Made by a program: the position numbers and the translations under genes. This document shows positions 24,301 through 38,035 of a stretch of 64,000 bases of DNA, one piece after another. How positions within the stretch are numbered: position 1 is the stretch's first letter; each line of letters begins with the position of its first letter. Under the pieces are notes generated by a model, which was given only the letters and a program-made list of their open reading frames with translations, searched no databases and was not told the DNA's origin. The DNA lies in the NCBI RefSeq assembly GCF_009914755.1, contig NC_060936.1, one strand, 5' to 3'. Source of the DNA: the human T2T-CHM13v2.0 reference genome, Homo sapiens.

Positions 24301-26488
24301 TTACAAAGACAGTGTCTCCAAACTCCTCCATCAAAAGAAAGGTTATACTCTGTGAATTGAACGCACACATCACAAAGTAGTTTCTGAGAATGATTCTGTC
24401 TAGTTTTTATACGAAGATATTTCCTTTTCTACATTTGGCCTAAAAGCGCTTGAAATCTCCACCTGCAAATATCACAAAAAGAGGGTTTCACATCTGCTCT
24501 GTCTAAAGGACAGTTCACCTCTGTGAGTTGAATAGAGGCAACACAAAGAACTTACTCAGTATTCTTCTTTCTAGCGTTCTATGAAGAAATCCCGTTTCCA
24601 ACGAAGGCCTCAAAGAGGTCAAATATCTGCTTGCAGACTTTACAGACAGAGTGTTTCCAAACTACTCTATGAAAAGAAAGCTTAAACTCCTTGAGTTGAA
24701 CGCACACATCACAAAGTAGTTTCTGAGAATGATTCTGTCTAGTTTTTATACGAAGATGTTTCCTTTTCTACATTTGGTCTCAAAGCGATTGAAATCTCCA
24801 ACTGGAAACTGCACAAATAGGGTGTTTCAAATCTGCTCTGTCTAAAGGAAGGTTCAACTCTGTGAGTTGAATACACACACCACAAATAAGTTACTGAGAA
24901 TTCTTCTGTCGAACATTACTTGAAGAAATCCCGTTTCCAACGAAGGCCTCAAAGAGGTCCAAATATCCACTTGCAGACGTTACAAACAGAGTGTTTCCAA
25001 ACTGCTCCATCAAAAGAAAGGTTAAACTCTGTGAGCTGAACACACACATCAAAAAGAAGTTTCTGTGAATGATTCTGTCTAGATTTTATAAGAAGATGTT
25101 TCCTTTTCTACCGTAGGCCTCAAAGCGCTTGAAATCTCCAGCTGCAAATTCCACAAAAAGGGTGTTTAACATCTGCTCTTCTAAAGGAAAGTTCAACTCT
25201 ATGAGTTGAATACACACAGCACAAAGAAGTTACTGAGACTTCTCCTATCAAACATTATATGAAGAAATCCCATTTCCAACGAAGGCCTCAAAGAGGTCCA
25301 AATATCTGCTTGCAGACTTTACAGACAGAGTGTTTCCAAACTGCTCCATCAAAAGAAAGGTTAAACTCCTTGAGTTGAACACACACATCACAAAGTAGTT
25401 TCTGTGAATGATTCTGTCTAGTTTTTATACGAAGATGTTTCCTTTTCTACCTTTGGTCTCAAAGCGATTGAAATCTCCACATGGAAACTCCACAAAAAGA
25501 GTGTTTCAAATCTGCTCTTTCTGAAGGAAGGTTCAACTCTGTGAGTTGAATACACACACCACAAATAAGTTACTGAGAATTCTTCTGTGTAACATTATAT
25601 GAGGAAATCCCGTTTCCAACGAAGGCCTCAAAGAGGTCCAAATATCCACTTGCAGACTTTACAAAGACAGTGTCTCCAAACTCCTCCATCAAAAGAAAGG
25701 TTATACTCTGTGAATTGAACGCACACATCACAAAGTAGTTTCTGAGAATGATTCTGTCTAGTTTTTATACGAAGATATTTCCTTTTCTACATTTGGCCTA
25801 AAAGCGCTTGAAATCTCCACCTGCAAATATCACAAAAAGAGGGTTTCACATCTGCTCTGTCTAAAGGACAGTTCACCTCTGTGAGTTGAATAGAGGCAAC
25901 ACAAAGAACTTACTCAGTATTCTTCTTTCTAGCATTCTATGAAGAAATCCCGTTTCCAACGAAGGCCCCAAAGAGGTCCAAATATCTGCTTGCAGACTTT
26001 ACAGACAGAGTGTTTCCAAACTACTCTATGAAAAGAAAGCTTAAACTCCTTGAGTTGAACGCACACATCACAAAGTAGTTTCTGAGAATGATTCTGTCTA
26101 GTTTTTATACGAAGATGTTTCCTTTTCTACATTTGGTCTCAAAGCTCTTGAAATCTCCAACTGGAAACTGCACAAATAGGCTGTTTCAAATCTGCTCTGT
26201 CTAAAGGAAGGTTCAACTCTGTGAGTTGAATACACACACCACAAATAAGTTACTGAGAATTCTTCTGTCGAACATTACTTGAAGAAATCCCGTTTCCAAC
26301 GAAGGCCTCAAAGAGGTCCAAATATCCACTTGCAGACGTTACAAACAGAGTGTTTCCAAACTGCTCCATCAAAAGAAAGGTTAAACTCTGTGAGCTGAAC
26401 ACACACATCAAAAAGAAGTTTCTGTGAATGATTCTGTCTAGATTTTATAAGAAGATGTTTCCTTTTCTACCGTAGGCCTCAAAGCGCT

Positions 26489-27846
26489 TGAAATCTCCAG
26501 CTGCAAATTCCACAAAAAGGGTGTTTAACATCTGCTCTTCTAAAGGAAAGTTCAACTCTATGAGTTGAATACACACAGCACAAAGAAGTTACTGAGACTT
26601 CTCCTATCAAACATTATATGAAGAAATCCCATTTCCAACGAAGGCCTCAAAGAGGTCCAAATATCTGCTTGCAGACTTTACAGACAGAGTGTTTCCAAAC
26701 TGCTCCATCAAAAGAAAGGTTAAACTCCTTGAGTTGAACACACACATCACAAAGTAGTTTCTGTGAATGATTCTGTCTAGTTTTTATACGAAGATGTTTC
26801 CTTTTCTACCTTTGGTCTCAAAGCGATTGAAATCTCCACATGGAAACTCCACAAAAAGAGTGTTTCAAATCTGCTCTTTCTGAAGGAAGGTTCAACTCTG
26901 TGAGTTGAATACACACACCACAAATAAGTTACTGAGAATTCTTCTGTGTAACATTATATGAGGAAATCCCGTTTCCAACGAAGGCCTCAAAGAGGTCCAA
27001 ATATCCACTTGCAGACTTTACAAAGACAGTGTCTCCAAACTCCTCCATCAAAAGAAAGGTTATACTCTGTGAATTGAATGCACACATCACAAAGTAGTTT
27101 CTGAGAATGATTCTGTCTAGTTTTTATACGAAGATATTTCCTTTTCTACATTTGGCCTAAAAGCGCTTGAAATCTCCACCTGCAAATATCACAAAAAGAG
27201 GGTTTCACATCTGCTCTGTCTAAAGGACAGTTCACCTCTGTGAGTTGAATAGAGGCAACACAAAGAACTTACTCAGTATTCTTCTTTCTAGCATTCTATG
27301 AAGAAATCCCGTTTCCAACGAAGGCCCCAAAGAGGTCCAAATATCTGCTTGCAGACTTTACAGACAGAGTTTTTCCAAACTGCTCCATCAAAAGAAAGGT
27401 TAAACTCCTTGAGTTGAACACACACATCACAAAGTAGTTTCTGTGAATGATTCTGTCTAGTTTTTATAAGAAGATGTTTCCTTTTCTACCTTTGGTCTCA
27501 AAGCGATTGAAATCTCCACATGGAAACTCCTCAAAAAGAGTGTTTCAAATCTGCTCTTTCTGAAGGAAGGTTCAACTCTGTGAGTTGAATACACACACCA
27601 CAAATAAGTTACTGAGAATTCTTCTGTGTAACATTTTATGAGGAAATCCCGTTTCCAACGAAGGCCTCAAAGAGGTCCAAATATCCACTTGCGGACATTA
27701 CAAACAGTGTGTTTCCAACTGCTCCATCAAAAGAAAGGTTAAACTCTGTGAGCTGAACACACACATCAAAAAGAAGTTTCTGTGAATGATTCTGTCTAGA
27801 TTTTATAAGAAGATGTTTCCTTTTCTACCGTAGGCCTCAAAGCGCT
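26489..27846 (-). repeat. Variant 8-mer HOR ABCB' (1358 bp, private 1-bp deletion near 27716)
   Basis: B' dimer present. Reads gtgtttccaact instead of gtgtttcccaact. Confidence 0.88.
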
Positions 27847-29204
27847 TGAAATCTCCAGCTGCAAATTCCACAAAAAGGGTGTTTAACATCTGCTCTTCTA
27901 AAGGAAAGTTCAACTCTATGAGTTGAATACACACAGCACAAAGAAGTTACTGAGACTTCTCCTATCAAACATTATATGAAGAAATCCCGTTTCCAACGAA
28001 GGCCTCAAAGAGGTCCAAATGTCTGCTTGCAGACTTTACAGACAGAGTGTTTCCAAACTGCTCCATCAAAAGAAAGGTTAAACTCCTTGAGTTGAACACA
28101 CACATCACAAAGTAGTTTCTGTGAATGATTCTGTCTAGTTTTTATACGAAGATGTTTCCTTTTCTACCTTTGGTCTCAAAGCGATTGAAATCTCCACATG
28201 GAAACTCCACAAAAAGAGTGTTTCAAATCTGCTCTTTCTGAAGGAAGGTTCAACTCTGTGAGTTGAATACACACACCACAAATAAGTTACTGAGAATTCT
28301 TCTGTGTAACATTATATGAGGAAATCCCGTTTCCAACGAAGGCCTCAAAGAGGTCCAAATATCCACTTGCAGACTTTACAAAGACAGTGTCTCCAAACTC
28401 CTCCATCAAAAGAAAGGTTATACTCTGTGAATTGAACGCACACATCACAAAGTAGTTTCTGAGAATGATTCTGTCTAGTTTTTATACGAAGATATTTCCT
28501 TTTCTACATTTGGCCTAAAAGCGCTTGAAATCTCCACCTGCAAATATCACAAAAAGAGGGTTTCACATCTGCTCTGTCTAAAGGACAGTTCACCTCTGTG
28601 AGTTGAATAGAGGCAACACAAAGAACTTACTCAGTATTCTTCTTTCTAGCATTCTATGAAGAAATCCCGTTTCCAACGAAGGCCTCAAAGAGGTCAAATA
28701 TCTGCTTGCAGACTTTACAGACAGAGTGTTTCCAAACTACTCTATGAAAAGAAAGCTTAAACTCCTTGAGTTGAACGCACACATCACAAAGTAGTTTCTG
28801 AGAATGATTCTGTCTAGTTTTTATACGAAGATGTTTCCTTTTCTACATTTGGTCTCAAAGCTCTTGAAATCTCCAACTGGAAACTGCACAAATAGGCTGT
28901 TTCAAATCTGCTCTGTCTAAAGGAAGGTTCAACTCTGTGAGTTGAATACACACACCACAAATAAGTTACTGAGAATTCTTCTGTCGAACATTACTTGAAG
29001 AAATCCCGTTTCCAACGAAGGCCTCAAAGAGGTCCAAATATCCACTTGCAGACGTTACAAACAGAGTGTTTCCAAACTGCTCCATCAAAAGAAAGGTTAA
29101 ACTCTGTGAGCTGAACACACACATCAAAAAGAAGTTTCTGTGAATGATTCTGTCTAGATTTTATAAGAAGATGTTTCCTTTTCTACCGTAGGCCTCAAAG
29201 CGCT

Positions 29205-30563
29205 TGAAATCTCCAGCTGCAAATTCCACAAAAAGGGTGTTTAACATCTGCTCTTCTAAAGGAAAGTTCAACTCTATGAGTTGAATACACACAGCACAAA
29301 GAAGTTACTGAGACTTCTCCTATCAAACATTATATGAAGAAATCCCGTTTCCAACGAAGGCCTCAAAGAGGTCCAAATATCTGCTTGCAGACTTTACAGA
29401 CAGAGTGTTTCCAAACTGCTCCATCAAAAGAAAGGTTAAACTCCTTGAGTTGAACACACACATCACAAAGTAGTTTCTGTGAATGATTCTGTCTAGTTTT
29501 TATACGAAGATGTTTCCTTTTCTACCTTTGGTCTCAAAGCGATTGAAATCTCCACATGGAAACTCCACAAAAAGAGTGTTTCAAATCTGCTCTTTCTGAA
29601 GGAAGGTTCAACTCTGTGAGTTGAATACACACACCACAAATAAGTTACTGAGAATTCTTCTGTGTAACATTATATGAGGAAATCCCGTTTCCAACGAAGG
29701 CCTCAAAGAGGTCCAAATATCCACTTGCAGACTTTACAAAGACAGTGTCTCCAAACTCCTCCATCAAAAGAAAGGTTATACTCTGTGAATTGAACGCACA
29801 CATCACAAAGTAGTTTCTGAGAATGATTCTGTCTAGTTTTTATACGAAGATATTTCCTTTTCTACATTTGGCCTAAAAGCGCTTGAAATCTCCACCTGCA
29901 AATATCACAAAAAGAGGGTTTCACATCTGCTCTGTCTAAAGGACAGTTCACCTCTGTGAGTTGAATAGAGGCAACACAAAGAACTTACTCAGTATTCTTC
30001 TTTCTAGCATTCTATGAAGAAATCCCGTTTCCAACGAAGGCCCCAAAGAGGTCCAAATATCTGCTTGCAGACTTTACAGACAGAGTTTTTCCAAACTGCT
30101 CCATCAAAAGAAAGGTTAAACTCCTTGAGTTGAACACACACATCACAAAGTAGTTTCTGTGAATGATTCTGTCTAGTTTTTATAAGAAGATGTTTCCTTT
30201 TCTACCTTTGGTCTCAAAGCGATTGAAATCTCCACATGGAAACTCCTCAAAAAGAGTGTTTCAAATCTGCTCTTTCTGAAGGAAGGTTCAACTCTGTGAG
30301 TTGAATACACAAACCACAAATAAGTTACTGAGAATTCTTCTGTGTAACATTATATGAGGAAATCCCGTTTCCAACGAAGGCCTCAAAGAGGTCCAAATAT
30401 CCACTTGCGGACATTACAAACAGTGTGTTTCCCAACTGCTCCATCAAAAGAAAGGTTAAACTCTGTGAGCTGAACACACACATCAAAAAGAAGTTTCTGT
30501 GAATGATTCTGTCTAGATTTTATAAGAAGATGTTTCCTTTTCTACCGTAGGCCTCAAAGCGCT
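29205..30563 (-). repeat. Variant 8-mer HOR ABCB' (1359 bp) carrying the cacaAacc marker
   Basis: B' dimer present, with A at 30312. Confidence 0.9.
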
Positions 30564-33279
30564 TGAAATCTCCAGCTGCAAATTCCACAAAAAGGGTGTT
30601 TAACATCTGCTCTTCTAAAGGAAAGTTCAACTCTATGAGTTGAATACACACAGCACAAAGAAGTTACTGAGACTTCTCCTATCAAACATTATATGAAGAA
30701 ATCCCGTTTCCAACGAAGGCCTCAAAGAGGTCCAAATGTCTGCTTGCAGACTTTACAGACAGAGTGTTTCCAAACTGCTCCATCAAAAGAAAGGTTAAAC
30801 TCCTTGAGTTGAACACACACATCACAAAGTAGTTTCTGTGAATGATTCTGTCTAGTTTTTATACGAAGATGTTTCCTTTTCTACCTTTGGTCTCAAAGCG
30901 ATTGAAATCTCCACATGGAAACTCCACAAAAAGAGTGTTTCAAATCTGCTCTTTCTGAAGGAAGGTTCAACTCTGTGAGTTGAATACACACACCACAAAT
31001 AAGTTACTGAGAATTCTTCTGTGTAACATTATATGAGGAAATCCCGTTTCCAACGAAGGCCTCAAAGAGGTCCAAATATCCACTTGCAGACTTTACAAAG
31101 ACAGTGTCTCCAAACTCCTCCATCAAAAGAAAGGTTATACTCTGTGAATTGAACGCACACATCACAAAGTAGTTTCTGAGAATGATTCTGTCTAGTTTTT
31201 ATACGAAGATATTTCCTTTTCTACATTTGGCCTAAAAGCGCTTGAAATCTCCACCTGCAAATATCACAAAAAGAGGGTTTCACATCTGCTCTGTCTAAAG
31301 GACAGTTCACCTCTGTGAGTTGAATAGAGGCAACACAAAGAACTTACTCAGTATTCTTCTTTCTAGCGTTCTATGAAGAAATCCCGTTTCCAACGAAGGC
31401 CTCAAAGAGGTCAAATATCTGCTTGCAGACTTTACAGACAGAGTGTTTCCAAACTACTCTATGAAAAGAAAGCTTAAACTCCTTGAGTTGAACGCACACA
31501 TCACAAAGTAGTTTCTGAGAATGATTCTGTCTAGTTTTTATACGAAGATGTTTCCTTTTCTACATTTGGTCTCAAAGCTCTTGAAATCTCCAACTGGAAA
31601 CTGCACAAATAGGCTGTTTCAAATCTGCTCTGTCTAAAGGAAGGTTCAACTCTGTGAGTTGAATACACACACCACAAATAAGTTACTGAGAATTCTTCTG
31701 TCGAACATTACTTGAAGAAATCCCGTTTCCAACGAAGGCCTCAAAGAGGTCCAAATATCCACTTGCAGACGTTACAAACAGAGTGTTTCCAAACTGCTCC
31801 ATCAAAAGAAAGGTTAAACTCTGTGAGCTGAACACACACATCAAAAAGAAGTTTCTGTGAATGATTCTGTCTAGATTTTATAAGAAGATGTTTCCTTTTC
31901 TACCGTAGGCCTCAAAGCGCTTGAAATCTCCAGCTGCAAATTCCACAAAAAGGGTGTTTAACATCTGCTCTTCTAAAGGAAAGTTCAACTCTATGAGTTG
32001 AATACACACAGCACAAAGAAGTTACTGAGACTTCTCCTATCAAACATTATATGAAGAAATCCCGTTTCCAACGAAGGCCTCAAAGAGGTCCAAATATCTG
32101 CTTGCAGACTTTACAGACAGAGTGTTTCCAAACTGCTCCATCAAAAGAAAGGTTAAACTCCTTGAGTTGAACACACACATCACAAAGTAGTTTCTGTGAA
32201 TGATTCTGTCTAGTTTTTATACGAAGATGTTTCCTTTTCTACCTTTGGTCTCAAAGCGATTGAAATCTCCACATGGAAACTCCACAAAAAGAGTGTTTCA
32301 AATCTGCTCTTTCTGAAGGAAGGTTCAACTCTGTGAGTTGAATACGCACACCACAAATAAGTTACTGAGAATTCTTCTGTGTAACATTATATGAGGAAAT
32401 CCCGTTTCCAACGAAGGCCTCAAAGAGGTCCAAATATCCACTTGCAGACTTTACAAAGACAGTGTCTCCAAACTCCTCCATCAAAAGAAAGGTTATACTC
32501 TGTGAATTGAACGCACACATCACAAAGTAGTTTCTGAGAATGATTCTGTCTAGTTTTTATACGAAGATATTTCCTTTTCTACATTTGGCCTAAAAGCGCT
32601 TGAAATCTCCACCTGCAAATATCACAAAAAGAGGGTTTCACATCTGCTCTGTCTAAAGGACAGTTCACCTCTGTGAGTTGAATAGAGGCAACACAAAGAA
32701 CTTACTCAGTATTCTTCTTTCTAGCGTTCTATGAAGAAATCCCGTTTCCAACGAAGGCCTCAAAGAGGTCAAATATCTGCTTGCAGACTTTACAGACAGA
32801 GTGTTTCCAAACTACTCTATGAAAAGAAAGCTTAAACTCCTTGAGTTGAACGCACACATCACAAAGTAGTTTCTGAGAATGATTCTGTCTAGTTTTTATA
32901 CGAAGATGTTTCCTTTTCTACATTTGGTCTCAAAGCTCTTGAAATCTCCAACTGGAAACTGCACAAATAGGCTGTTTCAAATCTGCTCTGTCTAAAGGAA
33001 GGTTCAGCTCTGTGAGTTGAATACACACACCACAAATAAGTTACTGAGAATTCTTCTGTTGAACATTACAGGAAGAAATCCCGTTTCCAACGAAGGCCTC
33101 AAAGAGGTCCAAATATCCACTTGCAGACATAACAAACAGTGTGTTTCCCAACTGCTCCATCAAAAGAAAGGTTAAACTCTGTGAGCTGAACACACACATC
33201 AAAAAGAAGTTTCTGTGAATGATTCTGTCTAGATTTTATAAGAAGATGTTTCCTTTTCTACCGTAGGCCTCAAAGCGCT

Positions 33280-34638
33280 TGAAATCTCCAGCTGCAAATT
33301 CCACAAAAAGGGTGTTTAACATCTGCTCTTCTAAAGGAAAGTTCAACTCTATGAGTTGAATACACACAGCACAAAGGAGTTACTGAGACTTCTCCTATCA
33401 AACATTATATGAAGAAATCCCGTTTCCAACGAAGGCCTCAAAGAGGTCCAAATATCTGCTTGCAGACTTTACAGACAGAGTGTTTCCAAACTGCTCCATC
33501 AAAAGAAAGGTTAAACTCCTTGAGTTGAACACACACATCACAAAGTAGTTTCTGTGAATGATTCTGTCTAGTTTTTATACGAAGATGTTTCCTTTTCTAC
33601 CTTTGGTCTCAAAGCGATTGAAATCTCCACATGGAAACTCCACAAAAAGAGTGTTTCAAATCTGCTCTTTCTGAAGGAAGGTTCAACTCTGTGAGTTGAA
33701 TACACACACCACAAATAAGTTACTGAGAATTCTTCTGTGTAACATTATATGAGGAAATCCCGTTTCCAACGAAGGCCTCAAAGAGGTCCAAATATCCACT
33801 TGCAGACTTTACAAAGACAGTGTCTCCAAACTCCTCCATCAAAAGAAAGGTTATACTCTGTGAATTGAATGCACACATCACAAAGTAGTTTCTGAGAATG
33901 ATTCTGTCTAGTTTTTATACGAAGATATTTCCTTTTCTACATTTGGCCTAAAAGCGCTTGAAATCTCCACCTGCAAATATCACAAAAAGAGGGTTTCACA
34001 TCTGCTCTGTCTAAAGGACAGTTCACCTCTGTGAGTTGAATAGAGGCAACACAAAGAACTTACTCAGTATTCTTCTTTCTAGCATTCTATGAAGAAATCC
34101 CGTTTCCAACGAAGGCCCCAAAGAGGTCCAAATATCTGCTTGCAGACTTTACAGACAGAGTTTTTCCAAACTGCTCCATCAAAAGAAAGGTTAAACTCCT
34201 TGAGTTGAACACACACATCACAAAGTAGTTTCTGTGAATGATTCTGTCTAGTTTTTATAAGAAGATGTTTCCTTTTCTACCTTTGGTCTCAAAGCGATTG
34301 AAATCTCCACATGGAAACTCCTCAAAAAGAGTGTTTCAAATCTGCTCTTTCTGAAGGAAGGTTCAACTCTGTGAGTTGAATACACACACCACAAATAAGT
34401 TACTGAGAATTCTTCTGTGTAACATTATATGAGGAAATCCCGTTTCCAACGAAGGCCTCAAAGAGGTCCAAATATCCACTTGCGGACATTACAAACAGTG
34501 TGTTTCCCAACTGCTCCATCAAAAGAAAGGTTAAACTCTGTGAGCTGAACACACACATCAAAAAGAAGTTTCTGTGAATGATTCTGTCTAGATTTTATAA
34601 GAAGATGTTTCCTTTTCTACCGTAGGCCTCAAAGCGCT
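33280..34638 (-). repeat. Variant 8-mer HOR ABCB' (1359 bp)
   Basis: aaGgagttact, gaaTgcac and B' markers. Confidence 0.9.
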
Positions 34639-35996
34639 TGAAATCTCCAGCTGCAAATTCCACAAAAAGGGTGTTTAACATCTGCTCTTCTAAAGGAAAG
34701 TTCAACTCTATGAGTTGAATACACACAGCACAAAGAAGTTACTGAGACTTCTCCTATCAAACATTATATGAAGAAATCCCGTTTCCAACGAAGGCCTCAA
34801 AGAGGTCCAAATGTCTGCTTGCAGACTTTACAGACAGAGTGTTTCCAAACTGCTCCATCAAAAGAAAGGTTAAACTCCTTGAGTTGAACACACACATCAC
34901 AAAGTAGTTTCTGTGAATGATTCTGTCTAGTTTTTATACGAAGATGTTTCCTTTTCTACCTTTGGTCTCAAAGCGATTGAAATCTCCACATGGAAACTCC
35001 ACAAAAAGAGTGTTTCAAATCTGCTCTTTCTGAAGGAAGGTTCAACTCTGTGAGTTGAATACACACACCACAAATAAGTTACTGAGAATTCTTCTGTGTA
35101 ACATTATATGAGGAAATCCCGTTTCCAACGAAGGCCTCAAAGAGGTCCAAATATCCACTTGCAGACTTTACAAAGACAGTGTCTCCAAACTCCTCCATCA
35201 AAAGAAAGGTTATACTCTGTGAATTGAACGCACACATCACAAAGTAGTTTCTGAGAATGATTCTGTCTAGTTTTTATACGAAGATATTTCCTTTTCTACA
35301 TTTGGCCTAAAAGCGCTTGAAATCTCCACCTGCAAATATCACAAAAAGAGGGTTTCACATCTGCTCTGTCTAAAGGACAGTTCACCTCTGTGAGTTGAAT
35401 AGAGGCAACACAAAGAACTTACTCAGTATTCTTCTTTCTAGCATTCTATGAAGAAATCCCGTTTCCAACGAAGGCCTCAAAGAGGTCAAATATCTGCTTG
35501 CAGACTTTACAGACAGAGTGTTTCCAAACTACTCTATGAAAAGAAAGCTTAAACTCCTTGAGTTGAACGCACACATCACAAAGTAGTTTCTGAGAATGAT
35601 TCTGTCTAGTTTTTATACGAAGATGTTTCCTTTTCTACATTTGGTCTCAAAGCTCTTGAAATCTCCAACTGGAAACTGCACAAATAGGCTGTTTCAAATC
35701 TGCTCTGTCTAAAGGAAGGTTCAACTCTGTGAGTTGAATACACACACCACAAATAAGTTACTGAGAATTCTTCTGTCGAACATTACTTGAAGAAATCCCG
35801 TTTCCAACGAAGGCCTCAAAGAGGTCCAAATATCCACTTGCAGACGTTACAAACAGAGTGTTTCCAAACTGCTCCATCAAAAGAAAGGTTAAACTCTGTG
35901 AGCTGAACACACACATCAAAAAGAAGTTTCTGTGAATGATTCTGTCTAGATTTTATAAGAAGATGTTTCCTTTTCTACCGTAGGCCTCAAAGCGCT

Positions 35997-38035
35997 TGAA
36001 ATCTCCAGCTGCAAATTCCACAAAAAGGGTGTTTAACATCTGCTCTTCTAAAGGAAAGTTCAACTCTATGAGTTGAATACACACAGCACAAAGAAGTTAC
36101 TGAGACTTCTCCTATCAAACATTATATGAAGAAATCCCGTTTCCAACGAAGGCCTCAAAGAGGTCCAAATATCTGCTTGCAGACTTTACAGACAGAGTGT
36201 TTCCAAACTGCTCCATCAAAAGAAAGGTTAAACTCCTTGAGTTGAACACACACATCACAAAGTAGTTTCTGTGAATGATTCTGTCTAGTTTTTATACGAA
36301 GATGTTTCCTTTTCTACCTTTGGTCTCAAAGCGATTGAAATCTCCACATGGAAACTCCACAAAAAGAGTGTTTCAAATCTGCTCTTTCTGAAGGAAGGTT
36401 CAACTCTGTGAGTTGAATACACACACCACAAATAAGTTACTGAGAATTCTTCTGTGTAACATTATATGAGGAAATCCCGTTTCCAACGAAGGCCTCAAAG
36501 AGGTCCAAATATCCACTTGCAGACTTTACAAAGACAGTGTCTCCAAACTCCTCCATCAAAAGAAAGGTTATACTCTGTGAATTGAACGCATACATCACAA
36601 AGTAGTTTCTGAGAATGATTCTGTCTAGTTTTTATACGAAGATATTTCCTTTTCTACATTTGGCCTAAAAGCGCTTGAAATCTCCACCTGCAAATATCAC
36701 AAAAAGAGGGTTTCACATCTGCTCTGTCTAAAGGACAGTTCACCTCTGTGAGTTGAATAGAGGCAACACAAAGAACTTACTCAGTATTCTTCTTTCTAGC
36801 ATTCTATGAAGAAATCCCGTTTCCAACGAAGGCCTCAAAGAGGTCCAAATATCTGCTTGCAGACTTTACAGACAGAGTTTTTCCAAACTGCTCCATCAAA
36901 AGAAAGGTTAAACTCCTTGAGTTGAACACACACATCACAAAGTAGTTTCTGTGAATGATTCTGTCTAGTTTTTATACGAAGATGTTTCCTTTTCTACCTT
37001 TGGTCTCAAAGCGATTGAAATCTCCACATGGAAACTCCACAAAAAGAGTGTTTCAAATCTGCTCTTTCTGAAGGAAGGTTCAACTCTGTGAGTTGAATAC
37101 ACACACCACAAATAAGTTACTGAGAATTCTTCTGTGTAACATTATATGAGGAAATCCCGTTTCCAACGAAGGCCTCAAAGAGGTCCAAATATCCACTTGC
37201 AGACTTTACAAAGACAGTGTCTCCAAACTCCTCCATCAAAAGAAAGGTTATACTCTGTGAATTGAACGCACACATCACAAAGTAGTTTCTGAGAATGATT
37301 CTGTCTAGTTTTTATACGAAGATATTTCCTTTTCTACATTTGGCCTAAAAGCGCTTGAAATCTCCACCTGCAAATATCACAAAAAGAGGGTTTCACATCT
37401 GCTCTGTCTAAAGGACAGTTCACCTCTGTGAGTTGAATAGAGGCAACACAAAGAACTTACTCAGTATTTTTCTTTCTAGCATTCTATGAAGAAATCCCGT
37501 TTCCAACGAAGGCCCCAAAGAGGTCCAAATATCTGCTTGCAGACTTTACAGACAGAGTTTTTCCAAACTGCTCCATCAAAAGAAAGGTTAAACTCCTTGA
37601 GTTGAACACACACATCACAAAGTAGTTTCTGTGAATGATTCTGTCTAGTTTTTATAAGAAGATGTTTCCTTTTCTACCTTTGGTCTCAAAGCGATTGAAA
37701 TCTCCACATGGAAACTCCTCAAAAAGAGTGTTTCAAATCTGCTCTTTCTGAAGGAAGGTTCAACTCTGTGAGTTGAATACACAAACCACAAATAAGTTAC
37801 TGAGAATTCTTCTGTGTAACATTATATGAGGAAATCCCGTTTCCAACGAAGGCCTCAAAGAGGTCCAAATATCCACTTGCGGACATTACAAACAGTGTGT
37901 TTCCCAACTGCTCCATCAAAAGAAAGGTTAAACTCTGTGAGCTGAACACACACATCAAAAAGAAGTTTCTGTGAATGATTCTGTCTAGATTTTATAAGAA
38001 GATGTTTCCTTTTCTACCGTAGGCCTCAAAGCGCT
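35997..38035 (-). repeat. 12-mer variant HOR ABCBCB' (2039 bp)
   Basis: Dimer order. cgcaTac at 36591 and extra marker T37469. Confidence 0.92.
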
